A stretch of 64,000 nt of DNA from Planctomycetota bacterium (GCA_016776905.1 JADHSM010000007.1:73438-137437), one strand, 5' to 3'. Shown: positions 37,275-47,595, numbered from the stretch's first letter. Program-made: numbers and translations. Notes: a model not told the origin generated them from the letters alone.

Positions 37275-38896
37275 TCGATAGCCTCCTGGATGGCTTGCAT
37301 CGCTTCATCCACTTTTAGCCGGGTCTGAACCATTGAATCACGTTCCCTCAAAGTAACGGTTTCGTCACTGAGAGTTTCGCCGTCAACAGTGACACAAAAT
37401 GGAGTACCTGCTTCGTCCATGCGACGGTAACGTCGACCCACTGCGCCTTTAACATCATAGAAAACGGGGAACTTCCTCTTGAGTTCCCGATAGATTTCCT
37501 GAGCTTTTTCAGGCATTCCGTCCTTCTTCACGAGTGGAAGCACAGCGGCTTTCATCGGGGCTAGGCGTGGGTGGAACTTCAGGACGACTCTCGATTGCAT
37601 TTCACCTTTATCGTCAGGCGCATTATCTTCTGTGTACGCCTCACAAAGAAACGCCAAAGCCGCTCGATCAGCACCGGCAGACGGCTCTATCACATGTGGA
37701 ATAAATTTTTCGTTAGAAACCGGATCTCGGTAGCTGAGATCTTTTCCACTGCCTTTCCAAAGAGGCTTGCCGTTTTCTCCCAGTTGAACTTCTAAAGGCT
37801 TGGAATTGGGATCGAGCTTGCCCTCCATGTGACTGCGGAGGTCAAAATCGCCACGATGCGCAATGCCTTCTAACTCTCCGTATTCTCCCTCTGGAAGGAA
37901 TGGGAACGCGTATTCAATGTCAGCGGTACCTGTGGAGTAATGGCTGAGTTCATCAGAATGGTGTTCTCTAAGAATGAGGTTTTCAGAAGATAACCCGTGG
38001 TTGAGATACCAATTCATCCTGCGATCTCGCCAGTAGCTGTACCAATCTTGAGAGGTGTCAGGATGGCAAAAGAATTCCACTTCCATTTGCTCGAATTCAC
38101 GCACTCGGAATGTAAAGTTTCTGGGCGTAATCTCATTCCTGAAACTTTTACCAACCTGGGCAATGCCAAATGGGATTTTGACTCGAGACGAATCCACGAC
38201 ATTTTTGAAATTAACGAAAATCCCCTGTGCGGTTTCAGGCCTGAGGTAAGCCATGCTGTCGTCATTATGAAGAGCGCCCATTTGAGTCTTGAACATCAGA
38301 TTAAATTCGCGCGGTTCTGTCAGTGTTCCCGCGTCTTTTGCATCAGGACCCAGAACCAATTCTAGTTCATCGATAGTTTCAAGACTGCAGGCGCTACCGT
38401 CCCATTTTATCTGATCACGATCCTTTGCTCTCAAGCCAAAGAACTTCTGCGCTCGGGCGGTGAATGCTTCATCCTCTTCTTCGGGATCAGCCATTGCAGT
38501 TACGAATACCTTTTTATCTCGGTACTCTGCCCAGCGACCTCTCAGTTGATCGTGACGATATCGTTTTTTAGATTCCTTGCAGTCCACCATCATGTCGTGG
38601 AACAGGTCGTGGTGACCTGAGCAACGCCACACTTGAGGGTGCATAATTATTGAGCAGTCGAGGCCTGTCATTTCGAAACTGCTCTGCGCCCCGGGGAGCA
38701 CTCCTATGTCGTCATGACGAGAAACCATGTCAGCCCACCAGGCTTCTTTGACATTTCTCTTCAACTCCACTCCGAGCGGGCCGTAATCCCAACAACCATT
38801 CATTCCGCCGTAAATTTCGCTGGATTGGAAGATGAAGCCCCTGCGTTTACTCAGGGAAACTATTTTCTGCATGACACTGGGCTCTGGATTACTCAA
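37268..38896 (-). CDS. glyQS: Glycyl-tRNA synthetase, the dimeric class II (alpha2) type.
   Basis: Class II core motifs with an about 540-aa single chain. The N-terminal 'IYGGMNGCWDYGPLG' is typical of the eukaryote/archaeal-type GlyRS. Confidence 0.88.
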   Translation of the reverse strand: MSNPEPSVMQKIVSLSKRRGFIFQSSEIYGGMNGCWDYGPLGVELKRNVKEAWWADMVSRHDDIGVLPGAQSSFEMTGLDCSIIMHPQVWRCSGHHDLFHDMMVDCKESKKRYRHDQLRGRWAEYRDKKVFVTAMADPEEEDEAFTARAQKFFGLRAKDRDQIKWDGSACSLETIDELELVLGPDAKDAGTLTEPREFNLMFKTQMGALHNDDSMAYLRPETAQGIFVNFKNVVDSSRVKIPFGIAQVGKSFRNEITPRNFTFRVREFEQMEVEFFCHPDTSQDWYSYWRDRRMNWYLNHGLSSENLILREHHSDELSHYSTGTADIEYAFPFLPEGEYGELEGIAHRGDFDLRSHMEGKLDPNSKPLEVQLGENGKPLWKGSGKDLSYRDPVSNEKFIPHVIEPSAGADRAALAFLCEAYTEDNAPDDKGEMQSRVVLKFHPRLAPMKAAVLPLVKKDGMPEKAQEIYRELKRKFPVFYDVKGAVGRRYRRMDEAGTPFCVTVDGETLSDETVTLRERDSMVQTRLKVDEAMQAIQEAIDC

Positions 38897-39075
38897 GTGG
38901 CCTCCTAAGACCTCTACTGAAGGTCTGACCGCTGTGGTTGGTCTAATGCTGTCCCAAGAGAAAGATCTCTCAGGTTCCCCTCATCCTAGAAAGAGGGCCT
39001 CCTTCTGGCAAGTTGACCCCCTTATCGTTGACTCAGATAGTCACTTTTCCTATACAGGACTCCTAGGAGGCCTCA

Positions 39076-39363
39076 TTGAATATTCTCACAGAAGAGCGAT
39101 TAATCCAATTCCTCAGGGAGACTGTCGATTTACAGGGTATCTGCCTTGATCAATTGATCTCCTCTGGGACGAGTCCTGTTTCCGAACAAGTACTCCAAAG
39201 GTACCGGGACTTTGTTCACTCTATCCAAGTTGAAAAAGATCGGGAACCCACCCTCAAGGAGGAATTCTGGACTTGGATCTGGGAAGCCCCTGCAAATATG
39301 AACTACATCCAAATGTATGGCCGACTCGCTTGGATTAATTTACAGCTTCTCAATCTGTTATAA
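39076..39363 (+). CDS. Small hypothetical protein (95 aa).
   Basis: An ORF that fills the gap between two minus-strand aminoacyl-tRNA synthetase genes. It has no recognisable motif. Confidence 0.3.
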   Translation: MNILTEERLIQFLRETVDLQGICLDQLISSGTSPVSEQVLQRYRDFVHSIQVEKDREPTLKEEFWTWIWEAPANMNYIQMYGRLAWINLQLLNLL

Positions 39364-39390
39364 ATCTGCACCGTTCGGTACAGATATTTT

Positions 39391-41124
39391 TTACATTCGG
39401 GTCAAGGGTTGAATGCAAAGTCTTTTGAGCCCCGTTGCCAGAGTATTCTTCAGACTTTCGATTAATGTCAATCGGTGCTCACTCAACTGTGGGTCATCCG
39501 ACATGACTCGATGCTTTGCGTAGTAAGTATTGAAATCGCTGGCCAGCTCTAAGAGGTATTGCGAGAGCTGTGAAGGCTCCGCTGATTTAGCAGCCTTATC
39601 AGTGACTTCAGGATATCGAAGTAAGCGCTTTATCAAAACGAGCTCTTCGTCTTCGACAAGACCCGATCCGTCTCCACGAGCCAACTTCGATTCCGCAGCT
39701 TTACTCAAAATGCTAGCAAATCTGACATGAGTGTATTGAAGATAAGGACCAGTTTCGCCGTCGAAGGCGAGCATCTTGTCGAGATCAAAATTCACGTCTT
39801 TTCGCCGCGAAGCCTTCATGTCGCTAAAGATCACTGCACCCATTCCGACCGCTTCAGCGATTTCGGATAAATCGCTTTCGGAAATATCAGGGTTCTTTTT
39901 TCGAACAACAGCGCCCGCTAACTCAACGGCTTTATCGAGGACATCCTGCAGAAGCACCACTTGGCCTCCGCGGGTTTTCCCTTTTTTCCAATGCCCATCG
40001 ACATTCAGACGCATCACGCCAAATTCAGCGTGCTCGAGATGATCAGCCCATTCGTAGCCCATCTTCTTGAGGACCCCAAATACCTGCCGGAAATGCAGGC
40101 CTTGTCCCGCATCGACCACGTATAGGCATCTGTCGAACTTCACGTTTTCATATCGAGTGATGGCGCTCGCCAGATCTCTCGTGCCATACAGGGTGGCTCC
40201 GTCCTTCTTGCGAATCAGCATCGGCGGGATGTCTTCTTCGACCTGGACGACTTCTGCGCCTTCACTCTCTTCAAGAAGATTCAGCTCAGAGAGTTTTGCG
40301 ATGACGCCTTTCATCGCTTCTTCGTAGTGCGATTCTCCGATAACCGTATCGAAATGAACTCCCAGTCGAGAATAAATTTTATCGAACAGTTGAAGAGAAA
40401 CGTCACGAATCATAGTCCAACGATCACGCGCCAGTGGATCTCCGTTTTCGAGTTTTTTAAACCATTCTCGAGCGAGGTCTTCAAGTTCCGGATTTTCTTT
40501 GGCGTCATTGGAGTATCGGACATAAAGAGCATTGAGATCTGTGACCGCATCTTCTCTTTCTGACAAAGGAGGCGAATCAAGGTCGTCAAAGTCTTTGTAG
40601 CTTTCCCAAGCCGCCAGGAGTTTTCCGAAGCCAGTCCCCCAATCACCCAAATGATTCCAGGAAACCACTTCGTATCCGGCACTTCGGAAAATATTGGCCA
40701 TCGCCTGACCCAGCATCGTGGATCTGAGATGATGCACTGCGAGGTGCTTTGCGATGTTCGGAGAAGAATATTCGACGATGACGGTTTTGCCGTTCCCTGA
40801 ATCCGTGCAACCCCATGATTCTCCACTGGATTCGATCAGGCCGATCGCGTGTTGACTGAAGACTTCGCGGTTAACTTTGAGATTCAGGTACGGACCTGTG
40901 GCGACGACCTCTTCCAGCCAATCAATATCCCAATCTCGACTGGCGAGATCCTGGGACACTTTAACGGGTGAACTTCTCAATAATTTGGCCAATGGGAAGC
41001 AACCCATAGCCAGATCGCCCAACTTGGCGTCAGGGGGGTCGACCAGATCCAACTCCAGTCCTTCCGGATCGAGATCCAAGAATGACGCGATTTTGGACGC
41101 CAGTTGACGGCTGAAGTGTCTCAT
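39391..41124 (-). CDS. argS: Arginyl-tRNA synthetase.
   Basis: Class I HIGH-type 'SSPNIAKHLAVHHLR' and a C-terminal DALR anticodon-binding region. The start is taken at Met 'MRHFSRQLAS'. Confidence 0.88.
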   Translation of the reverse strand: MRHFSRQLASKIASFLDLDPEGLELDLVDPPDAKLGDLAMGCFPLAKLLRSSPVKVSQDLASRDWDIDWLEEVVATGPYLNLKVNREVFSQHAIGLIESSGESWGCTDSGNGKTVIVEYSSPNIAKHLAVHHLRSTMLGQAMANIFRSAGYEVVSWNHLGDWGTGFGKLLAAWESYKDFDDLDSPPLSEREDAVTDLNALYVRYSNDAKENPELEDLAREWFKKLENGDPLARDRWTMIRDVSLQLFDKIYSRLGVHFDTVIGESHYEEAMKGVIAKLSELNLLEESEGAEVVQVEEDIPPMLIRKKDGATLYGTRDLASAITRYENVKFDRCLYVVDAGQGLHFRQVFGVLKKMGYEWADHLEHAEFGVMRLNVDGHWKKGKTRGGQVVLLQDVLDKAVELAGAVVRKKNPDISESDLSEIAEAVGMGAVIFSDMKASRRKDVNFDLDKMLAFDGETGPYLQYTHVRFASILSKAAESKLARGDGSGLVEDEELVLIKRLLRYPEVTDKAAKSAEPSQLSQYLLELASDFNTYYAKHRVMSDDPQLSEHRLTLIESLKNTLATGLKRLCIQPLTRM

Positions 41125-41239
41125 TTCAATTCTTCCTGTCTGGAAAGTTAAATGTCGTCTCGGGGTCCTCGGCATTTTATAGTGATATACAGGTGGGAAC
41201 CAAGTGCTCCCACAAGGTCGGCACACCTTTCTTTGAAGA

Positions 41240-41620
41240 ATGACAAGGAGTCTCATGACTGATCGTCTCAAATCGACCCAAAGTCGCCACGACAATGCAG
41301 AGTTGAAGTTGGTCCAATATCGTCGCTATCTGGCACTGTGTATCCTGATGGGCCTGATTTCATCCTGCGGCTGGTGGATGAGTGCCCTGAAATCCTCCGA
41401 TTCAACACAACTGCTCTCCGTCGCAGAAGCACAATCGGGCCCCAAGTGGAAAGAGATCGCTGCTGGGATCATCCCCACAGAATTTGGTGAGTTGCTCAGT
41501 GTGAATGGAACAGCGGGGAATTATTCTCTCGTCTTTAGAGATAGTGATAAAGTTCTCCGCATCGTCGACCTGAGAGGCGGAAAGATTCCAAACCGATCCC
41601 TCGTCATTCAGAGGAAGTAA
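41240..41620 (+). CDS. Small lipoprotein-like hypothetical protein.
   Basis: TM/signal segment with a lipobox-like 'LISSCG'. It has no other motif. Confidence 0.35.
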   Translation: MTRSLMTDRLKSTQSRHDNAELKLVQYRRYLALCILMGLISSCGWWMSALKSSDSTQLLSVAEAQSGPKWKEIAAGIIPTEFGELLSVNGTAGNYSLVFRDSDKVLRIVDLRGGKIPNRSLVIQRK

Positions 41621-41729
41621 TGGAATTCGGGCTCCGAAGAGTCAAAGAGTCCGCGACCAGTGCGGAGTCAGTCGCAGAAGAACACGAAGAGAATGCAACG
41701 ATTTTTGATCTGAATACGAGACAGGGTTT

Positions 41730-42509
41730 ATGGAGTCACTTCAAAGACTGAAATCCATCATTGATACTCTCCGATCTCCAGGTGGATGCCCTTGGGATTT
41801 GGAGCAGACTCCGGAATCTCTGAGACCCTTCCTTTTAGAGGAAGCTCATGAAGTCGCTCAAGCGATTGAAGAAGGTGACTCGGAACACATATGTGAAGAA
41901 TTGGGTGATCTTCTGATGAATATTTTTCTCCAAGCTCGTATTGGAGAAGAGGAAAATACATTCAGTCTCAACGACGTCGCCGAGAATATCTCTGACAAAC
42001 TAATTCGAAGACATCCTCATGTATTCGGAGATGCCGACGCTGCTGACCCCGAAGCCGTTCGCCGACAATGGGAAGAGATCAAGCAGGAAGAAAAAGGTGA
42101 AACAGAGACGGCACGAAACACTATCAGGCCGCTCCCCGCTTCATTACCCGCCTTGTGCAGGGCCGATCGTGTCGGGCAAATGGTTGCCAAGGTAGGATTT
42201 GATTGGCCAGACAGCACGGGTGCCATGGAGAAAGTAAAAGAAGAACTCGATGAACTTCATGAAGCAGTGGCTAAAGGTGTCCCGGAAGAAATAGAGCATG
42301 AGATCGGCGATATTCTTTTTGCAGTGAGTAGTGTTGCCCGCAAAGTGGGTGTCGATCCTGAAGTCGCCTTGAGCCGTTCACTTTCGCGATTTGAAGAGCG
42401 TTTCAAAGTTGTTGATCAGAAACTGGGAGAACGCGAATCTGCGCCCCTCGATCAACTCGAAGAATGGTATCTCGAAGGCAAAGAAATCCAGAACCGAAAT
42501 CAGGAGTAA
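41730..42509 (+). CDS. mazG: Nucleoside triphosphate pyrophosphohydrolase MazG, with tandem MazG domains.
   Basis: Two EExxE/'ELGDLL'-type MazG motifs ('EEAHEVAQAIEEGD' and 'EELDELHEAV' with 'EIGDILF'). Confidence 0.88.
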   Translation: MESLQRLKSIIDTLRSPGGCPWDLEQTPESLRPFLLEEAHEVAQAIEEGDSEHICEELGDLLMNIFLQARIGEEENTFSLNDVAENISDKLIRRHPHVFGDADAADPEAVRRQWEEIKQEEKGETETARNTIRPLPASLPALCRADRVGQMVAKVGFDWPDSTGAMEKVKEELDELHEAVAKGVPEEIEHEIGDILFAVSSVARKVGVDPEVALSRSLSRFEERFKVVDQKLGERESAPLDQLEEWYLEGKEIQNRNQE

Positions 42510-42514
42510 CCCAA

Positions 42515-43588
42515 TTGAGCATTTCCTTTGAAAACATCTCGCGTATTCGAGACGAGATCACACAAGGCCTAGCGACGAAAATCATTGGTCAAGAAAAGGT
42601 GATCGAAGAGGTCATGATCTCCCTTTTATCCGGAGGTCATATTCTCGTCATGGGCGTACCCGGTTTGGCCAAAACCCTCCTCGTTCGATCGATCTCCGAA
42701 TTGCTTCAGTTAGAATTTAGCAGAATCCAATTCACTCCAGATCTGATGCCGCAGGACATCACTGGGGCGAGCATCCTTGACCGTGAAAGCTCCACGGGCG
42801 GACGACAGTTCTCCTTCGCCAAGGGGCCTCTCTTTGCGAACATGGTATTGGGAGACGAAATCAACAGAACTCCTCCCAAAACACAAGCGGCGCTGCTCGA
42901 AGGGATGGAGGAGGGCCAAGTGACGGTCATGGGAGTTCGACACCCACTTCCAGATCCGTTCTTTGTCATGGCGACCCAAAATCCCTTGGAGCAAGAAGGA
43001 ACCTATCCGCTTCCGGTCACGCAGTTGGATCGGTTTTCGTTTCAAATATTGATGGATTATCCCAATGCTGAGGAAGAATTAGACGTGGTCTCAGTCACGA
43101 CCGCTATGAACCCAGGCCCCCTCAAACCCGTTGTTACTGCAGAATGGCTCCGCGAAGCGTCTCTTGAAGTGCGTCAGGTTCAAATTCCAGATTTTCAGTT
43201 GATCAGAGCGACAAGAATCGTGAGATCCACGCGTCCACAAGAAGAGGGCGCCCCTGAAGCCGCACGAGAGCTCCTGTACCACGGAGCAGGACCTCGAGGA
43301 GTGCAGACGATACTCGCAACCGCTCGCGCGAGAGCGGCTCTCAACCAACGTAACACGGTCACCGATGAGGATATTGACGCTGTGCTATTCCCGTCATTGA
43401 GACACCGATTGGGCCTCAGTGTTCACGCGGAAGCAGAAGGTCTTGAGCCTGATCAGGTCCTCATCAGGATCCTGGAGGAATCAGGTGACCGACCCGAGGA
43501 AACTGACAGTGAAACACTGAAGCAAGCGGGGTTTTTCAAGGAGTGGCTCAGCAAACTCGCTGATACCACGCCTTACTTCCGAAGTTGA
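42515..43588 (+). CDS. MoxR-family AAA+ ATPase.
   Basis: 'GHILVMGVPGLAKT' Walker A and 'MVLGDEINRTPPKTQAALLEGMEE' Walker B/sensor region. TTG start with a CAGGAG Shine-Dalgarno. The track ORF start at 42464 lies inside mazG. Confidence 0.85.
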   Translation: MSISFENISRIRDEITQGLATKIIGQEKVIEEVMISLLSGGHILVMGVPGLAKTLLVRSISELLQLEFSRIQFTPDLMPQDITGASILDRESSTGGRQFSFAKGPLFANMVLGDEINRTPPKTQAALLEGMEEGQVTVMGVRHPLPDPFFVMATQNPLEQEGTYPLPVTQLDRFSFQILMDYPNAEEELDVVSVTTAMNPGPLKPVVTAEWLREASLEVRQVQIPDFQLIRATRIVRSTRPQEEGAPEAARELLYHGAGPRGVQTILATARARAALNQRNTVTDEDIDAVLFPSLRHRLGLSVHAEAEGLEPDQVLIRILEESGDRPEETDSETLKQAGFFKEWLSKLADTTPYFRS

Positions 43589-43589
43589 A

Positions 43590-45860
43590 TCATTTTTCCT
43601 GACTGACGATAAAGCCGACGATGTCTCTTGCGCTATTCTCGTCGTAATTATAGCGGTCCTTCAGGAATTGAAGACTGTTCTCCACAGCTTCCAACTCGGA
43701 CTTCGACAATGTCGAACGTTCGTCTGAGAATGATTTCAGTATGTTGATCAGCGATTCATGGATCTCGTCGCTGCGCGAGTCCCAGAAGCTCTGCTTTAAA
43801 GTATTATAGATCTCAGGGAATACTTGAGAGTAATCCAGTTCTAAGTTTGGATTCTCGGTGGCATACGCACCTATGCGACTGAGCAACGAAGATCTGAACT
43901 CTTCGATTCCGTCTTTGATCTCAAGCTTCTTCTCAATATCAGACATCACATCAGAGGTCTGCTGGCTGAAGCCTGCAGTTGAAGTCTGTTGGCTGAAGCC
44001 TGCAGTTGTATTTTTCGGAATACTCTCGCCTAGCTCATGGGCCTTGACGCAGTAGAAGTATTCACTAAACAGACGATCAAACTCTCCCTCTTCAACGTAC
44101 GAGAATGAGTCGAATATTTCCCTTTTCACCAACTGAAGGTAATGAGTTTTAACATCAGAAACGAACTGTTTACAATCGTGAAAACCGTTATCAACGGCCA
44201 ATCGGAGGAAGTCATGAACACTGGTGTCCTTGATGAAATCTTCAATCTCCTCAAGTATCGATAACGGAGAAAGGGAAAGCCATTTTTGATTCTCTGAAGC
44301 GGAAGCAATAAGGGCCATCATTTCTCGGGGAGAGGCTCCTCTTCGACCTTCGTATTCGCTCCCGAAAATGCCTTCAAACTCGCCTTCAGTACCTTCGTGT
44401 TCTTCTCTGAGGTTTTGGACATTTCTCAAAAGAAGTTTGCGATCATCTTCTTTCATTCCCAAAGGCGTTTCACCGTGATCGTAGAGCATCGCTTTCTGAA
44501 GTGGCGAAAGACGAGCGACGAGAGGCGCTAGTTCTGGCGAATGGTTTTTGGGTGATGGTCTTTTCAGTCTCGTCATAACAACCCACAAAGCCGCCATTTG
44601 AGCCGTGTGTGGGGCCACGGACCCTCCCGAGACATGTCGGTCGATCTGGCGCTTATAAAGTTCCGCTTCCCGACTGTATTGCAGCAAGTAGGGAACTCTG
44701 ACCAGGGCTAAACGACCTTTGAAAGAAGAGAAGTCCGGTGTTCTCTTAAACATGTTGAGTTGCTTCTCGTTGGCACTTCCGCACAGAACAAGATCGAGAT
44801 GGGCTCTGAAATTGGGGAGCTGAATCGTTCCCTTTTCAGAAGTGGTCAAAAGATACTTGTTGGTTTCAGGCGGACGTTTCAGGAAGTCTGAGTATTCACA
44901 CAAGCCTCGATTCGCAGCGATCAAGTCACCGTCGACTTCGTACAAAGGAAGGCCGTGGAGAATTGTAGGTAATGCATTCCCATTCAACCCGATAGGTCGA
45001 ACCTGCGCATCGATGTTTCCTTGTGGCTCGATAGAGATACAGCCGAGGCGGTACTTTTTAGAGTGGAAAAAGCGTTCCACTTGCACGTGCCTCATCACTT
45101 CGAGCCAGTCGCCTTTATGCGAGCTCAGTAATGCTTCGTAAATCGATTTGCTCTTTTGGCTCAAGTCGAACTGGAACACCCAATCGTAATTGAAATTTTC
45201 CATTTCCCGGATATCGGGGTGCAGCTCTAGTGCGTGGCGAACAAGTTCTTCACGTTCTTTCCTTGGGATGAGGAGCAGCGGTGAGTCTTTGAGTTCGCAA
45301 CGAATGATGGCGCCGACGTCTTTTGGCTTAAGAAACGCATAAGAGCCGTTACTATTGGGCTCGTCTTCTTCAAATCCAATGCGACTCGATTCCACAGACT
45401 TCTCGGGGAAGATCCAATTGAATCGATAAAGCGCGCCCTCCTGTTGGATGCTGTATTGATGCATCGCTTGCATGAGGGCATTGATCGTTGTCGATTTTGC
45501 AGATCCATTGGGACCATGGAGAAGTAGCAGTCGATCACCTTTTCCATTTCTGGAAAACTGACGAAGTTTCATGTAGATCGAATTCTGAACACTCTCTTGC
45601 CCCACCAGATTTTCGGAGAGATCCCCATGTTCAAGATCAAAGAGTTTCCATCTTTTATCGGGAACCCCCACCCTCTGGATGTCCTCTGAACCGTAATGTT
45701 CAAAAACGTCGAGAAGGTACCTGGGAGAATTGCGCAGATAGGGATAGGGGTGAGCGAGAAAATCGTCTAGGAAGTTAGAGAAGCTGCGAATCCTTTGTCT
45801 GGATTCGAATCGGTCGATGGAGTTTCTCCTGAATTGCTTTAGAAATTCCTGATGATCCAT
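43590..45860 (-). CDS. prkA: PrkA-family serine protein kinase (AAA+).
   Basis: N-terminal 'PRYLLDVFEHYG' and Walker A 'LLLLHGPNGSAKST'. It is 756 aa, longer than typical, and contains a 9-aa tandem duplication. Confidence 0.85.
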   Translation of the reverse strand: MDHQEFLKQFRRNSIDRFESRQRIRSFSNFLDDFLAHPYPYLRNSPRYLLDVFEHYGSEDIQRVGVPDKRWKLFDLEHGDLSENLVGQESVQNSIYMKLRQFSRNGKGDRLLLLHGPNGSAKSTTINALMQAMHQYSIQQEGALYRFNWIFPEKSVESSRIGFEEDEPNSNGSYAFLKPKDVGAIIRCELKDSPLLLIPRKEREELVRHALELHPDIREMENFNYDWVFQFDLSQKSKSIYEALLSSHKGDWLEVMRHVQVERFFHSKKYRLGCISIEPQGNIDAQVRPIGLNGNALPTILHGLPLYEVDGDLIAANRGLCEYSDFLKRPPETNKYLLTTSEKGTIQLPNFRAHLDLVLCGSANEKQLNMFKRTPDFSSFKGRLALVRVPYLLQYSREAELYKRQIDRHVSGGSVAPHTAQMAALWVVMTRLKRPSPKNHSPELAPLVARLSPLQKAMLYDHGETPLGMKEDDRKLLLRNVQNLREEHEGTEGEFEGIFGSEYEGRRGASPREMMALIASASENQKWLSLSPLSILEEIEDFIKDTSVHDFLRLAVDNGFHDCKQFVSDVKTHYLQLVKREIFDSFSYVEEGEFDRLFSEYFYCVKAHELGESIPKNTTAGFSQQTSTAGFSQQTSDVMSDIEKKLEIKDGIEEFRSSLLSRIGAYATENPNLELDYSQVFPEIYNTLKQSFWDSRSDEIHESLINILKSFSDERSTLSKSELEAVENSLQFLKDRYNYDENSARDIVGFIVSQEK
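43957..44010. repeat. 27-bp tandem duplication inside prkA. It encodes TSTAGFSQQ twice.
   Basis: Read directly: gtctgctggctgaagcctgcagttgaa and gtctgttggctgaagcctgcagttgta. Confidence 0.9.
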
Positions 45861-45973
45861 ACTGGTCGTCCCCCGTTCACATGCGTATCAGTAATCATAC
45901 CCGATTTTACGAATTTCTTCATAGAGGGTATTTAGTAGACGCACGTGACGGACAGAAAGTTTCCATCACTCGA

Positions 45974-47140
45974 TCATTTATAAGCAGCGATACCGGTGAT
46001 TTCATGTCCCAGGATCAAAGCATGTATGTCATGTGTTCCCTCGTAGGTTTTGACCGATTCGAGGTTCAGCATGTGTCGCCCCACAGGATACTCATGGGTG
46101 ACGCCGTTTGCTCCCAGAAGGTCTCTTGCACTGCGAGCGATCTCTAATGCCCAGTGAACATTGTTCCGTTTCGCCATGGAAACGTGCTGAGCGGTCATTT
46201 TGCCGTCTTCTTTTAACTGCGAGAGCCTCAGATTGAGAAGTTGGGCTTTGGTGATCTCTGTGAACATCTCCGCCAGCTTCTGCTGAACAAGTTGGAAACT
46301 GGCAATCGGCTTATCGAATTGAATACGACTCAGTGAGTATTTTTTAGCCGCGTCGAAGCACGCCATGGCAGCCCCTGTGGCCCCCCATGCAATGCCGTAT
46401 CGAGCTTGGGTCAAGCAAGAAAGAGGGCCTCCCAAACCATCAGCACCAGGCATCAGGTTTTCCTTAGGAATCCTGCAGTCTTGGAAATGGAGTTCACTGG
46501 TGATGGAAGCTCTGAGTGAGAATTTCTTTCCTTGCTTTGTGGTACTGAATCCTTCAGTGCCTTTTTCGACGAGGAATCCTCTGATACGACCATCCAGTTT
46601 TGCCCACACGACGGCTACGTCAGCAACGCACCCATTGGTGATCCACATTTTATTGCCGTTAAGAACATAGGAATCACCATCCTCGACAGCGTGCGTGATC
46701 ATTCCACTGGGGTTTGAACCGTGATCGGGTTCGGTTAATCCGAAACAACCAATCATGCGACCCGCAGCGAGTTCAGGAAGGAACTTTTGTTTTTGCTCTT
46801 CTGTACCGTACCGATGGATCGGATACATCACGAGTCCACCTTGAACGCTGACAAAGGAACGAAGTCCGCTGTCTCCACGTTCGAGTTCCTGCATGATCAA
46901 TCCATAAGCGGTGTTGTCGAGTCCTGCGCATTCATAACCATCAAGGTTTGCACCGAGAAGTCCGAGCTCGCCCAACATCGGAATCAATTCAGTGGGAAAC
47001 TTATCTTCCATGAAACAATCATCGATGACATCGACGACATGATCGTCGACGAAATCACGAACGGTATCGCGAATCAATCTCTGCTCTTCAGTGAGCAGAT
47101 CATCAATGATGTAAAAATCTGTACCTTCGTACTTTTCCAT
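45974..47140 (-). CDS. Acyl-CoA dehydrogenase, glutaryl-CoA dehydrogenase-like.
   Basis: ACAD fold motifs 'GSNPSGMITHA' and 'YEGTHDIHALILG'. The start is chosen at the second Met, which has a GGAGG Shine-Dalgarno. Confidence 0.85.
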   Translation of the reverse strand: MEKYEGTDFYIIDDLLTEEQRLIRDTVRDFVDDHVVDVIDDCFMEDKFPTELIPMLGELGLLGANLDGYECAGLDNTAYGLIMQELERGDSGLRSFVSVQGGLVMYPIHRYGTEEQKQKFLPELAAGRMIGCFGLTEPDHGSNPSGMITHAVEDGDSYVLNGNKMWITNGCVADVAVVWAKLDGRIRGFLVEKGTEGFSTTKQGKKFSLRASITSELHFQDCRIPKENLMPGADGLGGPLSCLTQARYGIAWGATGAAMACFDAAKKYSLSRIQFDKPIASFQLVQQKLAEMFTEITKAQLLNLRLSQLKEDGKMTAQHVSMAKRNNVHWALEIARSARDLLGANGVTHEYPVGRHMLNLESVKTYEGTHDIHALILGHEITGIAAYK

Positions 47141-47336
47141 GGAGACCTCCGTCAGCATTTCCTGTCACAAGTATCCCCATATTAACCGGCGGAATGGGTT
47201 GGGAGAATGAAAAGAGACACGTTGAGGATCGGAATTGTTGACAAACTAGACTTTTCAAAACGACCGTGAGGTCCAGTGAGCCATTTCTCGCCCACTCGTC
47301 TGGATAAACCGGAGAAAGCATGCGCAAGCGTGGGTA

Positions 47337-47368
47337 CAAAAAAAAAGGCCAGCACCGAAGTGCTGACC
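47337..47368 (-). terminator. Rho-independent terminator after tRNA-Glu.
   Basis: Minus-strand RNA GGUCAGCAC-UUCG-GUGCUGGCC, a 9-bp stem with a UUCG tetraloop, followed by U(10). Confidence 0.9.
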
Positions 47369-47380
47369 TCTTGTTTTAAG

Positions 47381-47455
47381 TGACCCCAAGGGGATTCGAA
47401 CCCCTGTTCTCAGGATGAAAACCTGATGTCCTAGACCTGACTAGACGATGGGGCC
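47381..47455 (-). tRNA. tRNA-Glu (anticodon UUC).
   Basis: The reverse complement folds as a cloverleaf: acceptor GGCCCCA/TGGGGTC, anticodon stem-loop TCAGG-TTTTCAT-CCTGA, T-loop GGTTCGAATCC. Confidence 0.85.
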
Positions 47456-47467
47456 TTAATTTCTAAG

Positions 47468-47540
47468 TGAGAGCAGATGGGCTCGAACCATCGACCGACG
47501 CCTTAAAAGGGCGTTGCTCTACCAACTGAGCTATGCTCCC
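47468..47540 (-). tRNA. tRNA-Lys (anticodon UUU).
   Basis: The reverse complement is GGGAGCATAGCTCAGTTGGTAGAGC...ACGCC-CTTTTAA-GGCGT...GGTTCGAGCC, with acceptor GGGAGCA/TGCTCTC. Confidence 0.85.
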
Positions 47541-47595
47541 GAACGAGGGAATCTACCGAGTGAAAATTTACACGTCAACATTTTCCGCACGAATT

